From a virus: a stretch of DNA of 64,000 nt. Below are positions 51,941 through 60,216 of the stretch, piece after piece. A program made the translations under genes and the position numbers. The stretch lies in the IMG/VR virus record IMGVR_UViG_3300025806_000014, positions 19,617-83,616 of that record; one strand, written 5' to 3'. Position 1 is the first letter of the stretch; each line of letters begins with the position of its first letter. The notes under the pieces were generated by a model, which was not told where the DNA came from, made no database searches, and worked only from the letters and a program-made list of their open reading frames with translations.

Positions 51941-52522
51941 TTAATATTCTGTATCAAAAAAGAATGTTTGAAATAACCTACCATCATATTTGTCTTTACC
52001 AAAATATTCTAACGAAGTATGAAACATATCTCCTCTATATAAAACCAATCTATTATAAATAGGTGCTGTCATTGCAGTCATTTCCCACGCATCATAATTT
52101 CTTGCATCAGCGTTTACCTTATCAAGTCCCTTTTGATCATAATTACCATTTTTTAATCTTGGTGCAGTTTCCCAGCCTGTTTCCTTATGCCTAAATAAAC
52201 CAGTACCACCATTAGCCGGTGCATCAGGTGTTAAGTATAAAACACCTGCCCAGTTTGTGGTTTGGTCTGCATGAATCCAACTAGAATCTTTTTCTGTTGT
52301 ATATTGAAATGCTGTAGTGTAAGCATCACCAAAATATGTTATCTCTCCACCGTGACTTTGTATAATTCTTTGTATTACTTCTTTACAATCCCAGTGATGA
52401 ACTGGCTTAGTTCTTTGGCCAGGAAAATTACCCCTAGTTCCAAATTCTTGAGCTAAGGCATATTTTCTAATCTCATCTGGTTCATTATAAAAATTGTCTG
52501 TTATGATTAGGCTTGTTTGCAT
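51941..52522 (-). CDS. 2OG-Fe(II) oxygenase-like protein (DUF6445-like)
   Basis: IITDNFY..PD.IR.YAL, FPGQRT, WIHAD, AGVLYLTP, YNRLVLY...FH, GRLFQTFF. Confidence 0.75.
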   Translation of the reverse strand: MQTSLIITDNFYNEPDEIRKYALAQEFGTRGNFPGQRTKPVHHWDCKEVIQRIIQSHGGEITYFGDAYTTAFQYTTEKDSSWIHADQTTNWAGVLYLTPDAPANGGTGLFRHKETGWETAPRLKNGNYDQKGLDKVNADARNYDAWEMTAMTAPIYNRLVLYRGDMFHTSLEYFGKDKYDGRLFQTFFFDTEY

Positions 52523-52557
52523 AGTTAATTATTTGTTTATTTATTTGTGCTTTTATT

Positions 52558-52842
52558 TTATACTTCTTCATCATTTGGAGTATCTAAGAATAATAACTGT
52601 TTAAGCTTCTGTAAGTTAGTACATTTTTCGTATGCTTCTATTTCCTCAAAATATTTTATCATTCCATTAATAGCTTTAAGTTTCAGTTCTACAGAATCTT
52701 TTCTTTTTAAAACTTGACTAGGGCTTTGCATCATTACAGCATATGATAGATTCATAAACTCATCAAAGTTTGTTTGCTCTAGTGTTAACAATAAGCTTTT
52801 AATAAAATCATCCCCAAAACCCATTCCGTGATTACTTTCCAT
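52558..52842 (-). CDS. Hypothetical protein (UVR-like EAYEKC helix)
   Basis: YFEEIEAYEKCTNL motif. Confidence 0.55.
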   Translation of the reverse strand: MESNHGMGFGDDFIKSLLLTLEQTNFDEFMNLSYAVMMQSPSQVLKRKDSVELKLKAINGMIKYFEEIEAYEKCTNLQKLKQLLFLDTPNDEEV

Positions 52843-53656
52843 TATGTTTATCTTTTATTTTTTGTATTGCTTTTTTATCTTCTTCATCTAAATCAGTAGG
52901 TATGTCTACTATAATACTTATAAGTAAATCTGAAAACTTACCTTCTTGTTTATAAATAGGAAACCCTTTACCTTTAACTCTTAATACTTTTCCATTAGCC
53001 GTCCCAGGAGGAATATTAAATGTTATGGTTTTGTCAAAACAATCAATAGTTTCCTTACCTCCTAATATTGCATCAAACAAATTTATGTTTTTAATTGTAT
53101 GCAAACCTTGATTATCTATAAAAAAGTTATTATCATTTATAACCTCTATTGTCATTATAAGATCACCACTCAATTCTTCAGTCTGTCCTCTTTGCCCTAA
53201 ACCTTTTAATCTTAACTTTTGCCCACTTCTTATACCTGGTGGAATATCAACCTTTATAGTTTTCATACCTAGGCTAACATCTCTGCTAGTACCATAATAA
53301 GAATCAGCAAGTGTTATACGTAAAACTCCACTGGTATTTCTACCTCTTTGATTATAACCATATCTTGCATTAAAGGCTCCACTAAAATTTTGATTTCTAA
53401 GTAAATCCTCGAACATGCTTTCAGAAAAATCTCCGCCAAACCCTCCACCAAATGGATTAGATTGTCTTTGGTCATATTCAGTTTTCTTTTGGGGATTTCC
53501 TAGTGTTTCATATGCATCAGCAATTTCTTTAAATCTTTCTTCATTACCCTCGGCCTTATCAGGGTGATATTCTTTAGCTAACTTTCTATAAGCTTTTTTA
53601 ATATCACTTGCTGATGAAGATTTATTTACTCCTAATATGCTATATGGATCTTTCAT
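52832..53656 (-). CDS. dnaJ: DnaJ/CbpA-type co-chaperone (no Zn finger)
   Basis: J-domain with HPD, G/F linker, C-terminal IPPG..LRLKG and GKGFP. Confidence 0.9.
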   Translation of the reverse strand: MKDPYSILGVNKSSSASDIKKAYRKLAKEYHPDKAEGNEERFKEIADAYETLGNPQKKTEYDQRQSNPFGGGFGGDFSESMFEDLLRNQNFSGAFNARYGYNQRGRNTSGVLRITLADSYYGTSRDVSLGMKTIKVDIPPGIRSGQKLRLKGLGQRGQTEELSGDLIMTIEVINDNNFFIDNQGLHTIKNINLFDAILGGKETIDCFDKTITFNIPPGTANGKVLRVKGKGFPIYKQEGKFSDLLISIIVDIPTDLDEEDKKAIQKIKDKHNGK

Positions 53657-54000
53657 TATTTCCAGAAAAGTTGTATTCCTATTAAGCTACATGCTAAGAA
53701 TAAAGATACTATTGTTTTTGTAGTAATACCTTCACCTAAAAGATACCAAGTTAAAAATGTAAAAGAAATAATACCAGAACCAAATGCTATAAATCTACCA
53801 GGCCATAAAAGACCATCATAATGTTCTACAATAAACCTAGTACCATAAATTAATATGTAACTAATAGTTGTACCAAATATAATTGATACCGCAAAAGGAT
53901 TCTTTTTAAACCAAGGCCATACAAATTGACCATTAGTTTGTACCCATATCATTGTTTGCCCTAGAAAGAACAAACAAAACGCTGCTATTAATTTATTCAT
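53656..54000 (-). CDS. Four-TM membrane protein (SMR/EamA-like)
   Basis: Four hydrophobic segments; LLGEGIT motif. Confidence 0.6.
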   Translation of the reverse strand: MNKLIAAFCLFFLGQTMIWVQTNGQFVWPWFKKNPFAVSIIFGTTISYILIYGTRFIVEHYDGLLWPGRFIAFGSGIISFTFLTWYLLGEGITTKTIVSLFLACSLIGIQLFWK

Positions 54001-54259
54001 CTATATGATATTTATAACCTTGTCTAGTCATATGATCCATGTGGCTTTCCATTTGCTTTGCGGTTATCCATACTGAAGGTTCAGGCTCTACTCTTCCATC
54101 TTCTCTTTTATCAAATGCTTTATTTAAAAACCATTTCTCTTTTTTGCTTTCCCACCAAAACCATACCTTTTGCCATGATCTAGGTTTTTTCATATAAACT
54201 TTATTACCCTTATCCATGTGAGCAATAAATTGTTTATATGTGATATCCTTTTTAGGCAT
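53993..54259 (-). CDS. Hypothetical protein
   Basis: 88-aa Trp-rich ORF, coupled to neighbours. Confidence 0.55.
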   Translation of the reverse strand: MPKKDITYKQFIAHMDKGNKVYMKKPRSWQKVWFWWESKKEKWFLNKAFDKREDGRVEPEPSVWITAKQMESHMDHMTRQGYKYHIDE

Positions 54260-54437
54260 TTTTATTTGATTCTTTTATTGTAAGCTTTTGTATTCTTTCT
54301 TCTAAAACAAATTTCTTTTCTTCTAATTTGTTTTTTCTTTCTAACTGGATTGCAATTCTCTCTAAGACATTTACCAATTTAGGTATATCACCGTCTATTA
54401 ATTTACGACCCATTTGTGTTCTAAAAAATTCTGACAT
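54252..54437 (-). CDS. Small coiled-coil hypothetical protein
   Basis: Likely start MSEFFRTQMGRK, downstream of the TAAACAA-N16-TATAA motif. Confidence 0.55.
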   Translation of the reverse strand: MSEFFRTQMGRKLIDGDIPKLVNVLERIAIQLERKNKLEEKKFVLEERIQKLTIKESNKNA

Positions 54438-54507
54438 AATTATGTTTATTTTTATATGCACAAACTCAAAGTTTGTTTACAAATATATAAACAAAATAAA
54501 ACTAATT

Positions 54508-54975
54508 ATGAGTAAGATACCAGAGTTCGATAAATTTAATGAAACTATCGTAGCAGCAGGTTTTGGTCAAATGGGAATCAATAATTTTGCACTAGGTGGA
54601 GCAACACCACAAACAGGTTATAGTATGACTCCGATAGCCGGTGTAGTAGAATCATGTTCAAATCATGTGGCTGAACAAGCAAACATGTATGAAACAAATG
54701 ATAACGATGATCATACAGCTGAATCATACATGAAAGAAGCTAAGAAGCATGTCAATGAAGCTATGGATCAAGCATATGAAAAATATGCAGCTACTAATGA
54801 AGGTGAAGTGAATGAAGCAATGGTTCAAATAAAAGGAAAAGATAAACCTTCTGGAGCTAAAGTATTAGCAAAGCTTATTGTAGCTGAATTTTACGATCAA
54901 AAAGCGATTAGTAGTAAATCAGTAAAAGCATGGGAACAGGAGATTGCTGAACTAATCATGAATTCAACATTTTAA
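54508..54975 (+). CDS. Putative internal head protein
   Basis: Start moved to ATG 54508, after AATATATAA at 54482-54490; MSKIPEFDKFNE; internal VNE-A sites. Confidence 0.65.
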   Translation: MSKIPEFDKFNETIVAAGFGQMGINNFALGGATPQTGYSMTPIAGVVESCSNHVAEQANMYETNDNDDHTAESYMKEAKKHVNEAMDQAYEKYAATNEGEVNEAMVQIKGKDKPSGAKVLAKLIVAEFYDQKAISSKSVKAWEQEIAELIMNSTF

Positions 54976-54976
54976 T

Positions 54977-55804
54977 ATGGCAAGTATAGATTTAATACCA
55001 GGATTTGAATCCTTTAATGTAAATGAAGCAAAATTATCTACAGTTCATAGAGCTGCAAAGAAAGGAAGTTATCCTGCAGTAATTGTAGTTGTACAGGATG
55101 GTAAGGTAATACACCAGGAACCAGTATCTACACCAGACGTTGCTCCTGCAACGTTTAATGTAATGCAAGAAAAGTATCCTAAAGCTCTATTGCATTTAGA
55201 AGATAAAACAGGTAAGAGATTATTTAGTGAATCAGTTGATGAAGCTGAAGATACTATAGGCAGTTTAAATAAAATGGCAAATACCGATCTTGAAAGAATA
55301 GCTGACTATGCTGATATGATTAAAGATAGAATGTCACAAGGTCAACCATTAGATGCTTGGATGTATTCCAAAATTTCAGATTCAGTTAAAAACCTAAATT
55401 CAGTTCATGATACAATGGATGGTAATGATGGAGTTAATGAAGCTAAAATGTCTAAAGAAAAAATAGAGAATTTAATTTATAGTTTAGAAAACGAAAAAGA
55501 CTCATGGCATCCTTCTAGCGACAGAAAAAAGAAAGCAATGTTAGATAAATTAAAGAAAGACTTATCTAAATTCGAATCAGTAGTTGCTGAAGCTGAGAAA
55601 CATGAATTTAATCCAAATGAAACTGCTGAAAGATTAAAGAGAAGAGAACAACAAAATATTGAAAGGTTCAGAGCTGCACAAGATAGAGAAGATCCTTTTG
55701 CTGTTCAATATTATCAATTAAGAATATCTTTAGATAAGATGGATTTACAAAGATTAAAAGTCCAAACACAAATTCATCAGCTTAAACAAAAATACAAAAA
55801 GTAA
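54977..55804 (+). CDS. Putative internal head polyprotein
   Basis: IPGFESFNVNE-AK followed by repeated V-x-E-A junctions (SVDE-AE, GVNE-AK, VVAE-AE). Confidence 0.65.
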   Translation: MASIDLIPGFESFNVNEAKLSTVHRAAKKGSYPAVIVVVQDGKVIHQEPVSTPDVAPATFNVMQEKYPKALLHLEDKTGKRLFSESVDEAEDTIGSLNKMANTDLERIADYADMIKDRMSQGQPLDAWMYSKISDSVKNLNSVHDTMDGNDGVNEAKMSKEKIENLIYSLENEKDSWHPSSDRKKKAMLDKLKKDLSKFESVVAEAEKHEFNPNETAERLKRREQQNIERFRAAQDREDPFAVQYYQLRISLDKMDLQRLKVQTQIHQLKQKYKK

Positions 55805-56139
55805 TGATAAGTAATTTTGATAGCTTTTTAAATGAAAAGAATTTCCAGGTTGTAATTCCTCATAAAGAAAAAGGTTCTGTTGTAGCCAACTTTAAAGCTA
55901 TGCCTGGATCTACAAGAGATACTGCAGGTAAACTTATTCTAATGGCTAGAGATTCTAAAGCTTTAGATCAATTGGAAGGATTACCTAATTTTCATATACA
56001 GCAAAATTTAGAAGATGCTCTTAATAAAGAATTTAAAAGAGAAGGAATAATTGAATTTAGAACTGATGCCGGATATCCTGGTGCAGGTTATGCATTTGAT
56101 TTAATTCTTGATAAAATAGTAAAAAGATTAAACAGATAA
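55804..56139 (+). CDS. Putative internal head protein
   Basis: MISNFDSFLNE-K N-terminus; TAATG coupling. Confidence 0.6.
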   Translation: MISNFDSFLNEKNFQVVIPHKEKGSVVANFKAMPGSTRDTAGKLILMARDSKALDQLEGLPNFHIQQNLEDALNKEFKREGIIEFRTDAGYPGAGYAFDLILDKIVKRLNR

Positions 56140-56369
56140 TGGACCCACAAGAAACTAAAGATGAAAATGCAATAAGACATTACAAAGGGAGCGTTGCTCA
56201 GTTTAAACAAATGTTTGATGATTTAGCGGATGGCAAAAATACCAACGCTTATGATACTCCAGAATACCAAGGATATGATGGTGTACATCCAGTAAGAGGT
56301 GAAAGAAAAAGTCCACACTGGGAAGAGACTAATGAAAACCACATCCCATTATTTAAGAATTTTAAATAA
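56139..56369 (+). CDS. Small hypothetical protein
   Basis: 76 aa; TAATG coupling; ends NENHIPLFKNFK. Confidence 0.55.
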   Translation: MDPQETKDENAIRHYKGSVAQFKQMFDDLADGKNTNAYDTPEYQGYDGVHPVRGERKSPHWEETNENHIPLFKNFK

Positions 56370-56372
56370 ACT

Positions 56373-56401
56373 AAAAAAGACCACTCAATGAGTGGCCTTT
56401 T
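56373..56401. terminator. Bidirectional intrinsic terminator
   Basis: AAAAAAGA-CCACTC-AAT-GAGTGG-CCTTTT between convergent genes. Confidence 0.75.
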
Positions 56402-56418
56402 AGTCTTATAGCTTTTTA

Positions 56419-56946
56419 TTATTTAAGCTTAATATATTTCTTTCTATTTTGAATATACATTTCTCCTATTGGAGCTTCTATTAATTGTCTACCTAATACA
56501 TTAAATATTCTGTAGTCTTGTTTTTCTGTATTGTACAACTCTTCTATACCAACAGTACCACCCATAGACATTCTCATCCAAGCCTGACCATCCCATACTT
56601 GATTAAAACAACAATTTAGTGTATCAACATAACCTAATGAATCTGTTAATGTGTAACTAATACAAGTTGTAATTGTATCATAAGGCATTCCTGTAAGTGG
56701 ATTGTAATTAAATGCAATATGTGAACAAGCATTACTGAAACAACTATCTTCACCCAACATTGTTTGACCACCATAAGTGACAGCATATATAGGAGCCATC
56801 ATCGGTAAACTATTTCCAGTTACTGGAATTGCAATTTCAAATTGGTATTGCGAACCAGTTGTGTAAGTCATGTTTGAATCACATAACGTTTGTGCTTGTA
56901 ATTGTAGGCCAAGCGAAACCATTACCATCATTAAAATCTTCTTCAT
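56419..56946 (-). CDS. Secreted protein with signal peptide and T9SS-CTD-like C-terminus
   Basis: MKKILMMVMVSLGLQLQA|Q; C-terminus VGIEEL...IFNVLGRQL...GEMYIQNRKKYIKLK. Confidence 0.65.
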   Translation of the reverse strand: MKKILMMVMVSLGLQLQAQTLCDSNMTYTTGSQYQFEIAIPVTGNSLPMMAPIYAVTYGGQTMLGEDSCFSNACSHIAFNYNPLTGMPYDTITTCISYTLTDSLGYVDTLNCCFNQVWDGQAWMRMSMGGTVGIEELYNTEKQDYRIFNVLGRQLIEAPIGEMYIQNRKKYIKLK

Positions 56947-57016
56947 CTTCTTTTTTGTTTAATTATATAGAGAGCTTAATTTTTGTTTAGGTTCAACCCT
57001 CGAGAACCTTATAACT

Positions 57017-57418
57017 TTAAGAATAAGTTATTTCTATATTTCCACCAGTATGATCCATTACCCATATGTTTTCTCTTATCATTTTTTGGGCATGTAAGAT
57101 TTCTGCTTGATATTCATTCCAATCTTCTTCAGCTTTAATCTGATCTTTTAAATCTTTAGCTATTTTAAGAGCTTCATCAACTGCATATTGTCCAACATCA
57201 CAACCTGCGGTCTTTTTAGATTTAGGCTCTACTAGTCTTAATTCAGATCCTATAAATTCTGCAATAAGTTTTGAGCTAGCATAAATTTCTTTTACTGCTT
57301 TTCTGTCTGGCATTAAGTCATTTTCACTTTCCATAATTTTTGCTATGTATGCCTTTGGGTAATCAACATCGTATTCAGTTTCTTTCCCATTCATATATAC
57401 TACTTTTACTATTACCAT
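57017..57418 (-). CDS. Hypothetical protein
   Basis: 133-aa ORF. Confidence 0.6.
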   Translation of the reverse strand: MVIVKVVYMNGKETEYDVDYPKAYIAKIMESENDLMPDRKAVKEIYASSKLIAEFIGSELRLVEPKSKKTAGCDVGQYAVDEALKIAKDLKDQIKAEEDWNEYQAEILHAQKMIRENIWVMDHTGGNIEITYS

Positions 57419-57421
57419 ATC

Positions 57422-57937
57422 TTATAAATTTAATGTTACATAATTTTGAACTTTCTTCCAATAATGAGCAGTTGCAGATTTCTTGTATCCTTTAGGCCCA
57501 CCGTTCCAATTCCTAGCCATCTTTTCATAGGAACTTTTTAAGTGATAAGCATCAGCCCAGATATTAAACATCTCAATTGATAAATCACCACTCTTTCTAT
57601 CACTATTTTTAAATCTTTTATCTAATCCTTGTTTTCTTAGTATCCTATTTACTTCTCTAACCATAATAGGTCTGATTTGTAAAAGTCCTACTGAAGGTGT
57701 ACCTAAATTAATATCTCCAATTGTTGCAGGATTACCACCGCTTTCTACAAAAGCCATAGCTTCTATTAACTCTTCTCGGTTATCTATCTTTCCGTTGATG
57801 AGGTTAACTTCTTCCTCCATAATTTCATTAAACATTTCAACCTCCTCCTTTAAAACATCTTGTACATGACTTTGTGCAATCTCCTGTGAACCTGTCATAG
57901 TTACTAAAAACGTTGATACTAATAAAACATTTTTCAT
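57422..57937 (-). CDS. SLT/lysozyme-like transglycosylase with N-terminal signal/anchor
   Basis: AFVESGGNP, VGLLQI, ARNWNGGP; start moved to the TAATG-coupled ATG at 57937 (MKNVLLVSTFLV). Confidence 0.8.
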   Translation of the reverse strand: MKNVLLVSTFLVTMTGSQEIAQSHVQDVLKEEVEMFNEIMEEEVNLINGKIDNREELIEAMAFVESGGNPATIGDINLGTPSVGLLQIRPIMVREVNRILRKQGLDKRFKNSDRKSGDLSIEMFNIWADAYHLKSSYEKMARNWNGGPKGYKKSATAHYWKKVQNYVTLNL

Positions 57938-58479
57938 TATCTGTATATTTTTGAGTTTTTCCAATTTCTAAATGCATGAGTTACTTCTTCATCTAAAGTT
58001 TCATCTCTAACAACCTCTTTCTTTTTTGGTAAGGGTAATAATGTATCTATTATTGTTTTAAGATTATAAAGATGCTTAGAATTAATTAACTTACTATCAT
58101 ATTGCTGTTGTGCATATTTTAAACACTTTTCGCGATTTTCTAAATCAATTAATTCTCCTACTCTTTTTAATGCTCTTTGGTAATCTTCTTCAGTTGGTAC
58201 TCTCCATACTGCAACATTACCAAGTGATGTAATTTTAGTTGCACCGCCGCTTCCACCTTTCATACCTGCCATGATTCCAAAACCGCTTCTCTTAGCAAGT
58301 TTGTTTATCTTATCAGCAGATTCTTTATCCATGATTTGAATTGTATTTCCTGTTTTATGATAGATAACATCAACACAACTAACTGCCTCAGCAGTTGAGC
58401 AGTTAACACAAACTTTAGTTTTAGGTAAAACTTTTAGTCTTGCAGCATGAATCTCTTCTTTACATTTAATACAATTCAT
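57937..58479 (-). CDS. Protein with DksA/TraR-type C4 zinc finger
   Basis: CIKCKEEIHAARLKVLPKTKVCVNC. Confidence 0.7.
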   Translation of the reverse strand: MNCIKCKEEIHAARLKVLPKTKVCVNCSTAEAVSCVDVIYHKTGNTIQIMDKESADKINKLAKRSGFGIMAGMKGGSGGATKITSLGNVAVWRVPTEEDYQRALKRVGELIDLENREKCLKYAQQQYDSKLINSKHLYNLKTIIDTLLPLPKKKEVVRDETLDEEVTHAFRNWKNSKIYR

Positions 58480-58784
58480 TATCTACACTTAACAGTTGAT
58501 ATCTTTGAAGTTCCACTATTAATCATATTTACAACTGCGCCCCAATTTTGATCATCAGCTTCCCATTCAATATCATGAGGAGCATGTTTCATAGACCAAT
58601 TGCTAAGTGCATGGCCACTTCCGTTCATTTTAAAATCACCATCAGAATTCTTTTTGAATTTTAGGAAGTGCCTGTTATCACACATACAGCTAATAGTTTC
58701 AAAAATAACTTCTCTCAGATTTTCACTGTCATAAAGTTCTGTAAATATTGGTGGGTTTTGTAATAGTTCTTGATATTTGCTCAT
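58479..58784 (-). CDS. Hypothetical protein
   Basis: 101 aa, downstream of the repeated promoter element. Confidence 0.6.
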   Translation of the reverse strand: MSKYQELLQNPPIFTELYDSENLREVIFETISCMCDNRHFLKFKKNSDGDFKMNGSGHALSNWSMKHAPHDIEWEADDQNWGAVVNMINSGTSKISTVKCR

Positions 58785-58789
58785 TGTTT

Positions 58790-58878
58790 AATTTTTAATA
58801 TTATAGTATAAATATAATCAATCTTTTTGGGATTCGTACCAAGCTTTCTTGTTTTTTTCAAAAAAGTTATTAACAATT
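58790..58878 (-). promoter_or_regulatory. Repeated upstream element, copy 2 (degenerate)
   Basis: TTGTTAATAACTTTTT...TACGAA-N15-TTATATTTATACTATAATA. Confidence 0.65.
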
Positions 58879-58988
58879 TTAAATTTATAAATAAGATAAG
58901 TAGCAACAGGTGTTCCCATTAAAAGAGTTATTAAGCTTGGATGCGGTTCTCCACATAGACCTATTGCATGTTTAAAAAATTCTATCAT
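58818..58988 (-). CDS. Small membrane protein
   Basis: MIEFFKHAIGLCGEPHPSLITLL...; likely start at 58988. Confidence 0.45.
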   Translation of the reverse strand: MIEFFKHAIGLCGEPHPSLITLLMGTPVATYLIYKFKIVNNFFEKNKKAWYESQKD

Positions 58989-58989
58989 C

Positions 58990-59571
58990 TTAAAAATCTC
59001 CTGGAGCAACTTGGAAACAGCTTAAGCCATTATCTCTCCACATATTTACTACTTTAGTTCTATCATCAAATACACAAAGTATTCTATCCTTTTTATCACC
59101 AGGAAATATATCATCCAACCAGCCTTGCTTTAACTTATCATCTGGCATAAATGCCCAAGGGTGGCCAGTAGGTCTCATCTTCATTATATTAAATGGAACA
59201 TTATGTTTATCCAACCATGCAGCCGTTGCATCTTTAGTAGCTTTACTCCTTCCTGAGAATATAACAATAGTAAACCCTTGTGCATCTAAAGTTTTTGCCA
59301 TTTCAATAACTGAGTGGTTAGGTAAATCTAATTTAATATTATCAGGATCAAAAAATGTATCCCAATCCATTTTGCCATTTGGTTTAGTAGAGAGTTTTCT
59401 CCTATCATCAATAAGAGCAAGAGTACCGTCTAGGTCAAATATTACTACGTCTTTTTTCATATCTTTTGTTTTAATTGGTTGTGCATACCATAAAGGGTTT
59501 GGAAGTTCGGAATAATGATCCCATAACTTTTCCTCCAAAACATTAATGGTTATGTCGTTATCTAAATCCAT
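58990..59571 (-). CDS. PseT/Pnkp-like HAD 3'-phosphatase domain protein
   Basis: IFDLDGTLA, FSGR, MRP, VFDDR..VVNMWR..GL.CFQVA.GDF. The core may start at internal MKKDVV (59460). Confidence 0.8.
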   Translation of the reverse strand: MDLDNDITINVLEEKLWDHYSELPNPLWYAQPIKTKDMKKDVVIFDLDGTLALIDDRRKLSTKPNGKMDWDTFFDPDNIKLDLPNHSVIEMAKTLDAQGFTIVIFSGRSKATKDATAAWLDKHNVPFNIMKMRPTGHPWAFMPDDKLKQGWLDDIFPGDKKDRILCVFDDRTKVVNMWRDNGLSCFQVAPGDF

Positions 59572-59676
59572 TTTATTATTGTGAACAATAAAATTGTTGT
59601 ATATAGACAGATTGCAAAAATCATTACAATATCTATAGATTCAATATTCTTTAAGTATTTTTTCATTGCTTTCATA

Positions 59677-60117
59677 TTACTCTGATTCATTAGCCCATTC
59701 ATTATCTAAATCAGCAGAGCATTCAATTACAGTACCTGAACGGTTTGCATGACTAATCATATCATCACAGAGTTTATTTAGGTTTTCTAATGTACCTTCA
59801 AATCCAGGTATATCATTAGTTGCATATTTCCCTTCATTGTTAAACTGATCCCTTATTTCTTTAGTAAGTTCTGCTACAGAGATTTCCTCGTCGCCGATAA
59901 AGTCAACTTCATGTTCTCTATATTCATATTTAGCATGTTCATTGCTTTTTGCAGATACAAGGTTTGAACAAACCTCTTTTAGATTGTCACAGTACGTAAT
60001 CATATCACCTTCAATATCCTTGATGATAAATGTTTGCCCACCTTTTGGTTTCCAATGTGGAGTTTGAGTGTCTGAGTAATTTTCGTAGTACTGAGTAAAA
60101 ATTCTTAATGTTGCCAT
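59677..60117 (-). CDS. Hypothetical early protein
   Basis: TQYYENY...HWKPKGG motif; downstream of the repeated promoter element. Confidence 0.6.
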   Translation of the reverse strand: MATLRIFTQYYENYSDTQTPHWKPKGGQTFIIKDIEGDMITYCDNLKEVCSNLVSAKSNEHAKYEYREHEVDFIGDEEISVAELTKEIRDQFNNEGKYATNDIPGFEGTLENLNKLCDDMISHANRSGTVIECSADLDNEWANESE

Positions 60118-60216
60118 AGTTCCGTTTTTGTTTTAATTATTATAATATAAATATAAACAATTTATTCGGATTCTGAACCATAAATTCACGTTATTTTCAA
60201 AAAGTTATTAACAATT
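60118..60216 (-). promoter_or_regulatory. Repeated upstream element, copy 3
   Basis: TTGTTAATAACTTTTTGAAAATAAC..GAATTTATGGTTCAGA-N15-TTATATTTATATTATAATAA...AAAACGGAA; near-identical to copy 1. Confidence 0.75.

Noticed and set aside
54328-54507. N-terminal extension of the 215-aa plus-strand ORF
   Set aside because: It overlaps a minus-strand gene and the promoter motifs; ATG 54508 follows the late motif and gives a capsid-targeting-like start.
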